From assembly GCA_044346945.1 (NCBI GenBank), contig JBIIYG010000017.1, positions 483-32,482 on the forward strand: a stretch of 32,000 nt of DNA, in the 5' to 3' direction. The notes beneath the pieces were generated by a model. That model ran no database searches, was not told the origin of the DNA, and saw only the letters and a program-made list of their open reading frames with translations. This DNA is from Pontiellaceae bacterium. GTDB taxonomy: Bacteria > Verrucomicrobiota > Kiritimatiellia > Kiritimatiellales > Tichowtungiaceae. Below, piece after piece: positions 1-8,150 of the stretch. The position numbers and the translations under genes were made by a program. Numbering within the stretch: position 1 is the first letter of the stretch; each line of letters starts with the position of its first letter.

Positions 1-955
1 TGTCATCACTGCTGGCGGCATCCACATTGACTACATACTGACCGTCCAGCTTGACCGGCAGTTTGCCGATGGCGAATTCATAGGAGCCGAAGCCCTCCAC
101 CAAATTAAAGCCGGTTCCGGGGGTGTTTCCGGATTTGGTCGTTCCGGTGAAGTTAGTTGTGAGATCGCCGGAATTTTCGAAATAGTAGTCGCTCACACCC
201 AGCGTGAGTTTTGTGTCGCCGATTTTCTTTTCCGCCGCCAGCTGTCCGGCCCAGAGACGGATGTCGTCCCCGCCGCGATCGGTGAAAATGAATCCGCCAG
301 CATTAGATTTCAGTTTGAAGGCGCTGAATTCTTTTTCATAGGTTACAGCGACACCTTCCGGATTCAGGTCGGTATCCCAGACCAGACCGGAACCGGCCGC
401 CATCCACGGTTGCGGCATTTTACCGATAAACGCATGCATCCCCGGAATCTTCTGATCCGGATGATAATCAATATATGCCTGATCCAGCCAGATGGCCTTC
501 TTGCTGGCGCTATCCCCATCGTCCAGATTGGTGGAGGTTGCGTCTTTTTTGTCGCCGGTGGCTACGCGCACACCAAAATCAACCTGCTCGTTCACCTTAC
601 CGTAGGCTCCGACTCTCAGCCGGAGACGCTCGCGATCCTTTGTCGTCGCATCAGCCACTTCCCGGTTCTCATAACGGGCGCGCACATCCCCGCTCAGCTT
701 AATATTGTTCGCCCACGAGGCGGCTTCGTCTTTCTTGCCTTCAGCCTGAAGCTGTTCCAGTGACCACGTTTTTGCTTCACTGTCTTTCTGCAGTGCCGCG
801 ATCTTCGCCGCGTTATCCTGCTCCATCTGCGCCACTTTGGCGGACAGATCACTCAACTGCTTTTTAAGCATTTCCAATTCACCGGACGACTGCGCCTGTC
901 CGCTCAGTGCGGCGGCCGCCGAAACGGTTATGACCATCCATAACTTCTTCATCAT
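1..955 (-). CDS. Outer-membrane porin-like protein (OprO/P-like or putative-porin type). The 3' end runs off the window.
   Basis: Manual minus-strand translation from ATG 955 (or 952) is open down to base 2: MMKKLWMVITVSAAAALSGQAQS (signal peptide), a coiled-coil-like stretch (LEMLKKQLSDLSAKVAQMEQDNAAKIAAL), then a beta-strand-like pattern (IKLSGDVRARYENRE, RLRLRVGAYGKV, FGVRVATGD). GGAAGGA RBS lies upstream. It is absent from the ORF track because it is truncated. It sits divergent from pstS. Confidence 0.7.
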   Translation of the reverse strand, partial: MMKKLWMVITVSAAAALSGQAQSSGELEMLKKQLSDLSAKVAQMEQDNAAKIAALQKDSEAKTWSLEQLQAEGKKDEAASWANNIKLSGDVRARYENREVADATTKDRERLRLRVGAYGKVNEQVDFGVRVATGDKKDATSTNLDDGDSASKKAIWLDQAYIDYHPDQKIPGMHAFIGKMPQPWMAAGSGLVWDTDLNPEGVAVTYEKEFSAFKLKSNAGGFIFTDRGGDDIRLWAGQLAAEKKIGDTKLTLGVSDYYFENSGDLTTNFTGTTKSGNTPGTGFNLVEGFGSYEFAIGKLPVKLDGQYVVNVDAASSDD

Positions 956-1081
956 TCTGCATCCTTCCCTGTTCAAGGTTCCCGCCGCCGGAGTTCCTCA
1001 TTGCCGCGCGGCCTGTTTTTACGGGGTTTTCTTCTTCTGTTCGCAACCCGTTAAAAATTCGGGTGCAATCTATGGAACCTC

Positions 1082-1099
1082 TGTTAGGTCTTTGTTAGG
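1082..1099. promoter_or_regulatory. Candidate Pho-box-like direct repeat TGTTAGG-TCTT-TGTTAGG (11-bp periodicity)
   Basis: A perfect 7-bp direct repeat at 1082-1088 and 1093-1099, in the divergent porin/pstS intergenic region. The 7+4+7 architecture is typical of OmpR/PhoB-family binding sites. Further TGTT half-sites sit at about 1039, 1158 and 1167. Confidence 0.35.
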
Positions 1100-1257
1100 G
1101 GTATGCTAGAAATTTATAAGCAATCACTGCCGGATTCCGGCTCGACAGGCCGCATACTGTTCCGTATGTTGTCGCCGGTTTTTAAACGGATATCAGCAGG
1201 AAGGTTTACCGGTTTCCGGATGTTTTTATAACCACATAGATTAAAAGGGGTTACGAT

Positions 1258-2049
1258 ATGAAAAAGATATTTCTGACAGTTCTTTGCGGTCTGACAGCCA
1301 TGAGTTTAAGCGGATGCGGAAAGCCCCGCACGCCGGTAACCGCCGCCGGCTCAACCGCTTTCCAGCCGTTTGCCGAAAAACTGGCCGAACAGTTCATGGA
1401 ACAGCATCAGGACATCGCCGTGACCGTTCAGGGCGGCGGATCAGCGCTCGGCGTGCAGGCCGCCCTTTCCGGCGCGGCGCAAATCGGTATGGCCGATCTG
1501 GTTAACCTCCCTCCGGAAGCCAAGGCTTTGACCTCTACGGTCGTTGCACGGGACGGCATTGCGGTCGTTGTGAACAACGCCAATCCGGTTAAAGATCTGA
1601 CCATGGAACAGATCCGCGCCGTCTTCTGCGGAAAAATCCGCAACTGGAAAGAACTGGGCGGCCCCGATCACAGCATCACCGTGGTTTCCCGCGAGGCCGG
1701 TTCCGGCACACGCTCTTCCTTTGAACAGATTGTTAAAGATGTCGCTCTCACCAAAGATGCCATTATTCAGGACTCCAACGGAACCATCCGCGAAACCGTC
1801 GCGATGGACGCCAACGCGGTCGGCTATCTCTCGCACGGCCTGCTGAATGAAAAAATCAAAGCCGTCACCGTTCACGGCGTTGCCTGCACCACTGAGGAAG
1901 TGGTCGCCGGACATTACCCGATTGTGCGTCCGGTTTATCTGCTAACTAAAGGTGAACCCTCCATCGCCTGCAAATCCTTTATTGACTACATCTGCTCGGC
2001 TGAAGGACAGAAAACCATTCAGGACTGCGGTTTAATCCCCGCCAAATAA
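1258..2049 (+). CDS. pstS: Phosphate ABC transporter substrate-binding lipoprotein PstS
   Basis: Lipobox LSGC after the signal peptide. PstS-family PBP motifs are present (AAGSTAFQPF, VSREAGSGTRSSFE). AAGGGG RBS. First gene of the pstSCAB order. Confidence 0.92.
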   Translation: MKKIFLTVLCGLTAMSLSGCGKPRTPVTAAGSTAFQPFAEKLAEQFMEQHQDIAVTVQGGGSALGVQAALSGAAQIGMADLVNLPPEAKALTSTVVARDGIAVVVNNANPVKDLTMEQIRAVFCGKIRNWKELGGPDHSITVVSREAGSGTRSSFEQIVKDVALTKDAIIQDSNGTIRETVAMDANAVGYLSHGLLNEKIKAVTVHGVACTTEEVVAGHYPIVRPVYLLTKGEPSIACKSFIDYICSAEGQKTIQDCGLIPAK

Positions 2050-2071
2050 CATTCCCGAGGAATTTGAGGCA

Positions 2072-2986
2072 ATGAAGGACACCCCGACTGTTCCGGATCA
2101 TCCCCGTCAGCCGTTCAGGCGTGCGCTCGCAACCTGGTGCCGGGACCGTCTGGCGCGCCATATCTTTCTGGCGGTCGCCTTTTCCGCCACTGCCAGCCTT
2201 CTGTTGATCGCGCTCTTTATCTTAAAGGAAGGCGTCCCCTTTATCATTAAGGTGGGGCCGCGCGATTTTCTGCTGGCGAGCGAATGGGATCCAGCCACTG
2301 GAAAGTTCGGTATTTATCCGATGATTATCTCGTCCCTGTGGGTCACCCTCGGCGCCATGCTGATTGGCGCGCCGCTCGGCGTGGCGGGCGCGATCTTCCT
2401 GACTCAGTTTGTGCCGCGCTCCGTCATGCAGGTGATCAAACCGGTCATTGAACTGCTGGCGGGGATTCCGTCGGTCGTATACGGCTTTATGGGCGTGATG
2501 GTGCTGGCGCCGTTCATCCGTAATCATTTCGGCGGGCCGGGACTTTCCCTGCTGGCCGGGTCGGTCATTCTCGGCATCATGGTCCTGCCGACCGTTATCA
2601 GCATTTCCGCCGACGCTATTACAGCGGTTCCGCGAACCTATCTGGAAGGTGCGCTGGCGCTGGGCGCCACCCGCTGGCAAAGCGTTCATATGGTCATTCT
2701 GAAAGCGGCCCGCTCCGGGATCATCGCCAGTATCATTCTGGCCATGGGCCGCGCTGTCGGTGAAACCATGGCCGTGATCATGGTGGCCGGTAATGCGGTG
2801 AAAATTCCGCACTCCGCGCTGGATTCAGTCCGGACGCTGACGGCGAATATCGCTTTGGAAATGGGTTATGCCACCGGACTGCACCGTCAGGCGCTGTTCG
2901 CCACCGGTGTCGTACTGTTCGTTGTGGTGATGATTCTGAACTCGCTGGCGATGGCCGCCATGAAACGAAAGGCGGGTAGCCGATGA
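2072..2986 (+). CDS. pstC: Phosphate ABC transporter permease PstC
   Basis: Multi-TM protein with the BPD-transporter EAA-like region (EGALALGATRWQSV) and PstC-type motifs. Its position between pstS and pstA supports the call. Confidence 0.9.
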   Translation: MKDTPTVPDHPRQPFRRALATWCRDRLARHIFLAVAFSATASLLLIALFILKEGVPFIIKVGPRDFLLASEWDPATGKFGIYPMIISSLWVTLGAMLIGAPLGVAGAIFLTQFVPRSVMQVIKPVIELLAGIPSVVYGFMGVMVLAPFIRNHFGGPGLSLLAGSVILGIMVLPTVISISADAITAVPRTYLEGALALGATRWQSVHMVILKAARSGIIASIILAMGRAVGETMAVIMVAGNAVKIPHSALDSVRTLTANIALEMGYATGLHRQALFATGVVLFVVVMILNSLAMAAMKRKAGSR

Positions 2987-3822
2987 GAATTCCGCCGAAA
3001 GTCACTCAGGCAATGGCTGTGATTCTGCTGGGCGCGGCCACACTTCTTACAGTGATCGTCCTCGTTCTGATCATCGCGTTCGTTCTTAAACGCGGCGTTC
3101 CGGAAATCTCGTGGGAATTTCTCTCCACCAAGCCGAAAGAAATGGGCAAGGCCGGCGGCATTCTGCCGACGCTGATCGGCACAGTTCTTCTACCCCTGCT
3201 GGCTATCGCCATCGCACTGCCGATGGGCGTCGGAACCGCTGTGTATCTCTCGGAATACACGCTGGAGAACCGTGTCACCAAAATCATCCGCTTCGGAACC
3301 GACTGTCTGGCCGGCATTCCGTCCATTATCTTCGGTCTGTTCGGCTATATCTTTTTCGTGACGATTCTCGGCATGGGCTGGTCCATGCTTTCCGGCGGCC
3401 TGACACTGGCGATCATGATTCTGCCGACGATTATCCGGACATCGGAAGAGGCGATCCGCGCCGTTCCGCAGGCGTACCGCGAGGTCAGCCACTCGCTGGC
3501 CGCTACCAGCTGGCAGACAGTTTATAAAGTGGTTCTGCCGAACGCCCTGCCCGGCATTATGACCGGAGTTATGCTGGGCATCGGACGCTCGATCGGCGAA
3601 ACGGCGGCGGTGATTTTCACCGCAGGTTCATCCCTGATGATGCCTGCCTCGCTGAACGATTCCGTGCGGACGATGTCTGTGCATTTTTATCTGCTCGCCC
3701 GCGAAGGCATTTCCACAGAAAAGGCCTATGCGACCGCCGCAGTACTCGTTTTCTCGGTGCTTTTCGTGAATCTGGTCGCCTACTGGATGATGAACCGGTT
3801 TATTGCCAAGCGCACGAGGTAG
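2983..3822 (+). CDS. pstA: Phosphate ABC transporter permease PstA
   Basis: ATGA overlap with the pstC stop. Contains TM segments and an EAA loop (REVSHSLAATSWQTVYKVVLP). Confidence 0.9.
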   Translation: MRIPPKVTQAMAVILLGAATLLTVIVLVLIIAFVLKRGVPEISWEFLSTKPKEMGKAGGILPTLIGTVLLPLLAIAIALPMGVGTAVYLSEYTLENRVTKIIRFGTDCLAGIPSIIFGLFGYIFFVTILGMGWSMLSGGLTLAIMILPTIIRTSEEAIRAVPQAYREVSHSLAATSWQTVYKVVLPNALPGIMTGVMLGIGRSIGETAAVIFTAGSSLMMPASLNDSVRTMSVHFYLLAREGISTEKAYATAAVLVFSVLFVNLVAYWMMNRFIAKRTR

Positions 3823-3825
3823 GAT

Positions 3826-4602
3826 TTGAAAGGATACGGCGTGGAACGTAAGGTAAAAATTTCTGTGCAGAATCTAAGCGTGTTCTTCGGACAGCATCAG
3901 GCTCTGCGCGGCCTGAATCTGGATGTCACGGCCAACAGCATTCTCGGCATCATCGGCCCGGCCAGCTCCGGTAAAACCACGTTTCTGCGCGCCCTGAACC
4001 GGATGAACGATCTGGATCCAACCAGCCGAGCGGAGGGCCGTATCCTGCTGGACGGAGCCGACATCTATCATCCGTCCCAAAGTTCCGTTCAACTGCGCAA
4101 ACGGGTGGGCATGGTGTTTGCTCTGCCTATGCCGCTTCCGATGAGTATTTATGACAACGTGGTTTACGGCCCGCGGCTTTCCGGCGTCCGTAACAAAGCC
4201 AAACTGGACGCACTGGTGGAGGAAACCCTCACCGCCGCGTTTCTGTGGGATGAAGTGAAGGACCGTCTGGATATGCTGGCACTGCGGCTTTCCGGCGGAC
4301 AGCAGCAACGGCTCTGTCTGGCGCGCACACTGGCCATGGAACCGGAAGTGGTTCTGCTGGATGAGCCGTGCTCCGGACTCGATCCGATCTCCACCGCCCG
4401 AATCGAGGAAGCTCTGACGGTTCTTAAATCGCGCTATACGATTGTGCTGGTGACCAACAACACCAAACAGGCGTCGCGAGTGGCGGATGAAACTGCGTTT
4501 TTCCTGATGGGCGACCTGATCGAACTCGGCGAAACGTCGCAGATTTTTACCGTGCCGCAGGATCAGCGCACCAGCGATTATGTCACCGGGAGGTTCGGCT
4601 GA
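3826..4602 (+). CDS. pstB: Phosphate import ATP-binding protein PstB, paralogue 1, with degenerate catalytic loops
   Basis: Walker [10 protein letters not shown], signature LSGGQQQRL, Walker B VVLLDEP. The Q-loop Gln is replaced by Ala (MVFALPMP, codon 4120-4122). The H-loop His is replaced by Asn (VTNNTKQA, codon 4456-4458). The start is uncertain: TTG 3826 or GTG 3841, the latter with a better-spaced AAGGA. Confidence 0.88.
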   Translation: MKGYGVERKVKISVQNLSVFFGQHQALRGLNLDVTANSILGIIGPASSGKTTFLRALNRMNDLDPTSRAEGRILLDGADIYHPSQSSVQLRKRVGMVFALPMPLPMSIYDNVVYGPRLSGVRNKAKLDALVEETLTAAFLWDEVKDRLDMLALRLSGGQQQRLCLARTLAMEPEVVLLDEPCSGLDPISTARIEEALTVLKSRYTIVLVTNNTKQASRVADETAFFLMGDLIELGETSQIFTVPQDQRTSDYVTGRFG

Positions 4603-5378
4603 TGAGTGTTTCCGTTACAACAGGCGCGCCGCGCATGAGCGTCCAGAAGCTGGATCTCTTCTACGGCGAATTTCAGGCGCTCAAGAAGGTCGATCTACTG
4701 ATCCAGGTGAACCGGATCACCGCGCTGATCGGGCCGTCCGGTTGCGGCAAATCCACCCTGCTCCGCTGTCTGAACCGCATGAACGACCTTATCCCCGGCG
4801 CGCGGGTGGCTGGCGACGTACTGCTGGACGGCCAGTCCATTTACGGTTCCGCAATGGATGTCTGCCAGTTGCGCAAAAAAGTGGGCATGGTCTTCCAGCG
4901 TCCCAACCCTTTCCCGCTTTCCGTCTGGGACAACGTGGCGTTCGGTCTGCGTGTCGCCGGGATTACAAAGAAAAATCAGCTTGCGGAAATCGTCGAACGC
5001 AGTCTGCGGGCGGCGTGGCTGTGGGATTATCTGAAAGACCGTCTGGACAGTCCGGCGCTGAGTCTGCCGATGGACCAGCAACAGCGCCTGTGCGTGGCGC
5101 GCCTGCTGGCTGTGGAGCCGGAAGTGATTTTGATGGACGAACCCTGCTCCGCGCTGGACCCGATTTCGACCGGCAAAATTGAAGACCTCATGATCGAACT
5201 CCGGGAAAACTACACCATTGTGATCGTGACCCATAATATGCAGCAGGCGGCGCGAATTTCCGATATGTCGGGATACATGCTTCTGGGTGACATGATTGAG
5301 TTCGGTCAGACCGGAGATATTTTCACATCACCCAAAGACAAACGGACGCAGGACTACATCAGCGGACATTACGGCTGA
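4602..5378 (+). CDS. pstB: Phosphate import ATP-binding protein PstB, paralogue 2, with a degenerate ABC signature
   Basis: Canonical Walker [11 protein letters not shown]-loop [10 protein letters not shown], Walker B ILMDEP and H-loop VTHNMQQA. The LSGGQ signature reads LPMDQ ([12 protein letters not shown], 5064-5078). The start overlaps the paralogue 1 stop. Confidence 0.9.
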   Translation: MSVSVTTGAPRMSVQKLDLFYGEFQALKKVDLLIQVNRITALIGPSGCGKSTLLRCLNRMNDLIPGARVAGDVLLDGQSIYGSAMDVCQLRKKVGMVFQRPNPFPLSVWDNVAFGLRVAGITKKNQLAEIVERSLRAAWLWDYLKDRLDSPALSLPMDQQQRLCVARLLAVEPEVILMDEPCSALDPISTGKIEDLMIELRENYTIVIVTHNMQQAARISDMSGYMLLGDMIEFGQTGDIFTSPKDKRTQDYISGHYG

Positions 5379-5402
5379 GTTCAAGCCGAAAGGAACATAC
5401 GT

Positions 5403-6062
5403 ATGGAAAGACATTTTGATGAACAGCTCACCGTGCTGAAGCACACGCTGATAAAAATGAGCGCGCTCAGTGAAGCCATGATTCTTGACGCGATTCAGGT
5501 GCTTTGCGAACGCAACAAAACCTCTATCCCCCGCATCCGCGAGCAGGAAGTGCAGGTCAACCGTCTGCAGATCGAAATCGACAGTCTCTGCATGAAACTG
5601 ATCGCGCTCTACCAGCCCGCCGCTGGCGACCTGCGCTTCATTCTGGGCGCGGTGAAAACCAACGGCGATCTGGAGCGAATGGCCGATCTGGCGATCAATA
5701 TCTGCGACAAAGCCGAACGTCTGATCGAGGAACCGCCCGCCGGTCCGCTGGCCGCCAGCATTACCGAAATGGCCGCTCTGGCCAGCCTGATGGTGAAAGA
5801 AAGCCTCCACGCCTACGTCAACCGCGCCGCCGACCGCGCCCGCCTGGTGCTTCTGCGCGACGACCAGCTCGACGACATGAACCGGCGCATCACTCAGGAA
5901 CTGATCGACCTGATGAAAAAGGACTCCGGCAAGATCAACGGGGCAATGAATCTCCTGCTGGTCGCCCGGAATCTGGAGCGGATCGGCGACCACGCCACCA
6001 ACATCGCCGAAAACGCGATCTTCGTGGTCAAAGGGCTGGATGTCCGGCACCACCACGAATAA
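5403..6062 (+). CDS. phoU: Phosphate signalling regulator PhoU
   Basis: Two-repeat PhoU architecture (DLERMADLAINI and NLERIGDHATNIAE). Its position directly after pstB supports the call. Confidence 0.92.
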   Translation: MERHFDEQLTVLKHTLIKMSALSEAMILDAIQVLCERNKTSIPRIREQEVQVNRLQIEIDSLCMKLIALYQPAAGDLRFILGAVKTNGDLERMADLAINICDKAERLIEEPPAGPLAASITEMAALASLMVKESLHAYVNRAADRARLVLLRDDQLDDMNRRITQELIDLMKKDSGKINGAMNLLLVARNLERIGDHATNIAENAIFVVKGLDVRHHHE

Positions 6063-6082
6063 TCAGTTCCCGGCGGATGACC

Positions 6083-6120
6083 AAACGGATTTTTCCGGAA
6101 GGAAAAGTCCGTTTTTGTTT
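6083..6120 (+). terminator. Rho-independent terminator of the pst-phoU operon
   Basis: AAACGGA(t)TTTT ... AAAAGTCCGTTT hairpin followed by TTGTTTT, located 20 nt after the phoU stop. Confidence 0.6.
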
Positions 6121-6141
6121 TCCGGAGTTTGGAAAAACCGC

Positions 6142-6170
6142 TTGCCAGAAGCGGGTTCCGTGCGTATAAC
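6142..6170 (+). promoter_or_regulatory. Candidate sigma-70-type promoter for rpsB-tsf (TTGCCA-17 nt-TATAAC)
   Basis: The hexamers and 17-nt spacer were read directly from the sequence. This would give a ~110-nt leader containing small hairpins (CCGC-atgga-GCGG, TTCCGG-acgcc-CCGGAA). Confidence 0.35.
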
Positions 6171-6282
6171 CTCCCGCCTTAATAGCTTCCGCATGGAGCG
6201 GGGCTGAAGCGAGTGCTGTTCCGGACGCCCCCGGAAGGCCAAAGCGGATTGTTCAACAAAGAACTATAGAAAGGGGCATGTT

Positions 6283-7242
6283 ATGTCAGAAAAGACAGTA
6301 ACCATTCAGGACTTGCTTGATGCAGGTCTTCACTTCGGTCATCAGACCAAACGCTGGAATCCCAAAATGAAGCGCTTCATTCACGGCGCCAAAGGCGGGA
6401 TCTACGTCATCGACCTCCAGAAAACCGCCGTCCAGCTCAAGCTGGCGCAGGAATTTCTGCGCAGTGTGGTCGGCAACGGACGCCGCGTTCTGTTCGTCGG
6501 CACCAAGAAACAGGCCCGCACCGTGTTTCAGGAAGCCGCGCAGAAAGCCGGACAGCCGTACGTCGTTTACCGCTGGCTCGGCGGCATGCTCACCAACAAC
6601 CAGACCATCCGCCAGAGCGTCAAGCGCATGGAAGAACTTCAGGCGATCTTCGGCGACGAAATCAAGCTGAAGGCCTATCCGAAACAGGAACAGTCGGTTC
6701 TGCGCCGCGAACTCACCAAGCTCGAACGCAACCTGACCGGCGTGAAAGATATGACCTCCCTGCCGGGCGCCCTGCTCGTCGTGGACATCTGCCGCGAAAA
6801 ACTGGCGATTGCCGAAGCTCAGCGTCTGGGTATTCCGGTGGTCGCGCTGGTTGACACCAACGCCGACCCGGATCTGGTCGAATACCCGATCCCCGGCAAC
6901 GACGACTCCATCCGCTCGCTCACGCTGATCGCCGACGTGCTCGGCGGAACCATCGCCGAAGCGCACGATGCCTACGTCAAAGCCAAAGCCGCTGACGACA
7001 AGCGCCGCAAAGAAGAACAGGATGCGGAACGTAAAGCTTCGGAAGCCGCCCGCGAAGAGCGCAAAGTCAAAGAAGACGAAGAGAAGAAGAAACGCGCCAA
7101 GGTTCTCGAAAAACTGAAAAAAGAAAAAGCCGCCGCTGAAAAAGCCAAAAAGGCCGAAGCCAAAGCCGCCGAAGTGAAAGCCGAAGAAGCTCCGGCCCCG
7201 GCCGTTGAAGCCGCTCCGGCTGAAGAAGCCAAGGCTGAGTAA
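6283..7242 (+). CDS. rpsB: 30S ribosomal protein S2 with a long KEA-rich C-terminal tail
   Basis: LLDAGLHFGHQTKRWNPKM and GGMLTNNQTI are conserved S2 motifs. About 80 C-terminal residues are low-complexity Lys/Glu/Ala. Confidence 0.95.
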   Translation: MSEKTVTIQDLLDAGLHFGHQTKRWNPKMKRFIHGAKGGIYVIDLQKTAVQLKLAQEFLRSVVGNGRRVLFVGTKKQARTVFQEAAQKAGQPYVVYRWLGGMLTNNQTIRQSVKRMEELQAIFGDEIKLKAYPKQEQSVLRRELTKLERNLTGVKDMTSLPGALLVVDICREKLAIAEAQRLGIPVVALVDTNADPDLVEYPIPGNDDSIRSLTLIADVLGGTIAEAHDAYVKAKAADDKRRKEEQDAERKASEAAREERKVKEDEEKKKRAKVLEKLKKEKAAAEKAKKAEAKAAEVKAEEAPAPAVEAAPAEEAKAE

Positions 7243-7264
7243 TTCTAAACGGAAGGATCAATCG

Positions 7265-8101
7265 ATGGAAATCACAGCAAGCATGGTCAAAGAACTGCGC
7301 GACGCCACCAACGTCAGCATGATGGAATGCAAGCGCGCGCTTCAGGAAGCCAACGGCGATAAAGAAAAAGCCTTCAAGCTCCTGCGCGAACGCGGCATGG
7401 CCGTCGCCGCCAAAAAAGCCGACCGCGTCGCCAAGGACGGAAAAATTTCCGCCAAGGTCTCCGCCGACGGCAAAACCGGCGTCATGGTTGAAATCAACTG
7501 CGAAACCGACTTCGTCACCCGCAACGAAATCTTCCAGAAATTCGTGGTCGAAATGACGGATAAAGCGATGACCACCGACGGCAACCCTGCCGAAGTGTTC
7601 AAAGCCGATATCACCGCCAAAGTTGCTGAAATCGGCGAAAACATCGTTCTGCGCAAGAGCGAAAAATTCACCGTCTCCGGCACCGGCGCCGTCGCCAGCT
7701 ACATTCACATGGGCGGCAAAGTCGGCGTACTGGCTGAATTCGGTTTCGCCAATGCCGCCACGGTGAACAGCGCGGTCTTCAAAGAACTGGCTCTGGATGT
7801 CTGCCTGCACATCGCGGCGGCCCGTCCGGCGGCTCTGGATCGCTCCGGCGTTCCGGCCCAGCTCGTGGAAGACGAAAAAGCTCTCTTCGCCAAACAGGTC
7901 GAAGGCAAGCCCGCCAACATCGTCGAAGGCATCCTGAAAGGAAAACTCAACAAGTTCTACTCTCAGATCTGCCTCATCGAACAGATGTTCGTCAAAGACG
8001 ACAAAATCAGCATCACTCAACTGCTCGAAGCGAAAAGCAAAGAAATCGGCGACAAAGTCGAAATCAAACGCTACACCCGCTGGCAGCTCGGCGAAGCCTA
8101 A
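7265..8101 (+). CDS. tsf: Translation elongation factor Ts
   Basis: MEITASMVKELRDATNVSMMECKRALQEANGD is the canonical EF-Ts UBA-like N-terminus. The track start at 7205 overlaps the rpsB tail and is rejected in favour of ATG 7265, which has an upstream GGAAGGA. Confidence 0.93.
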   Translation: MEITASMVKELRDATNVSMMECKRALQEANGDKEKAFKLLRERGMAVAAKKADRVAKDGKISAKVSADGKTGVMVEINCETDFVTRNEIFQKFVVEMTDKAMTTDGNPAEVFKADITAKVAEIGENIVLRKSEKFTVSGTGAVASYIHMGGKVGVLAEFGFANAATVNSAVFKELALDVCLHIAAARPAALDRSGVPAQLVEDEKALFAKQVEGKPANIVEGILKGKLNKFYSQICLIEQMFVKDDKISITQLLEAKSKEIGDKVEIKRYTRWQLGEA

Positions 8102-8121
8102 AAGCTTCGCTCAGATACACG

Positions 8122-8150
8122 AAAGCCGTTCCGCACTCCGGAACGGCTTT
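8122..8150. terminator. Bidirectional rho-independent terminator shared by tsf (+) and mutM (-)
   Basis: A perfect 12-bp stem, AAAGCCGTTCCG (8122-8133) with CGGAACGGCTTT (8139-8150), and a 5-nt loop. It is followed by TTATTTTT on the plus strand and sits between two convergent stop codons. Confidence 0.75.

Noticed and set aside
410-1109. Plus-strand ORFs at 410-763, 475-702 and 837-1109 from the track.
   Set aside because: They lie antisense to, or upstream of, the porin gene found by manual minus-strand translation. Their sequences are junk-like and they have no RBS.
1157-1174. CTGTTCC-GTAT-GTTGTCG as an E. coli-like Pho box (CTGTCAT-n4-CTGTCAT).
   Set aside because: It is only a loose resemblance with imperfect repeats and 9-10 bp phasing. 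The perfect TGTTAGG-n4-TGTTAGG repeat at 1082-1099 is the better candidate, and these sites are kept only as possible auxiliary half-sites.
3826-5378. The tandem pstB genes as a recent duplication or an assembly artefact.
   Set aside because: The two copies are strongly diverged at both the nucleotide and protein level, and each carries different motif substitutions. They are distinct paralogues.
5328-6056. A 242-aa minus-strand ORF antisense to phoU. Similar long antisense ORFs lie at 7067-8020 (opposite tsf), 10156-11196 (nth/arsR), 12637-13242, 13209-13847, 15240-15929, 21036-21794 (LOG), 22134-22889 (argC) and 26707-27633 (exeA-like).
   Set aside because: These are typical high-GC shadow ORFs. 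Their translations are Arg/Gly/His/Asp-rich low-information strings with no family motifs, while the opposite strand carries unmistakable conserved proteins.
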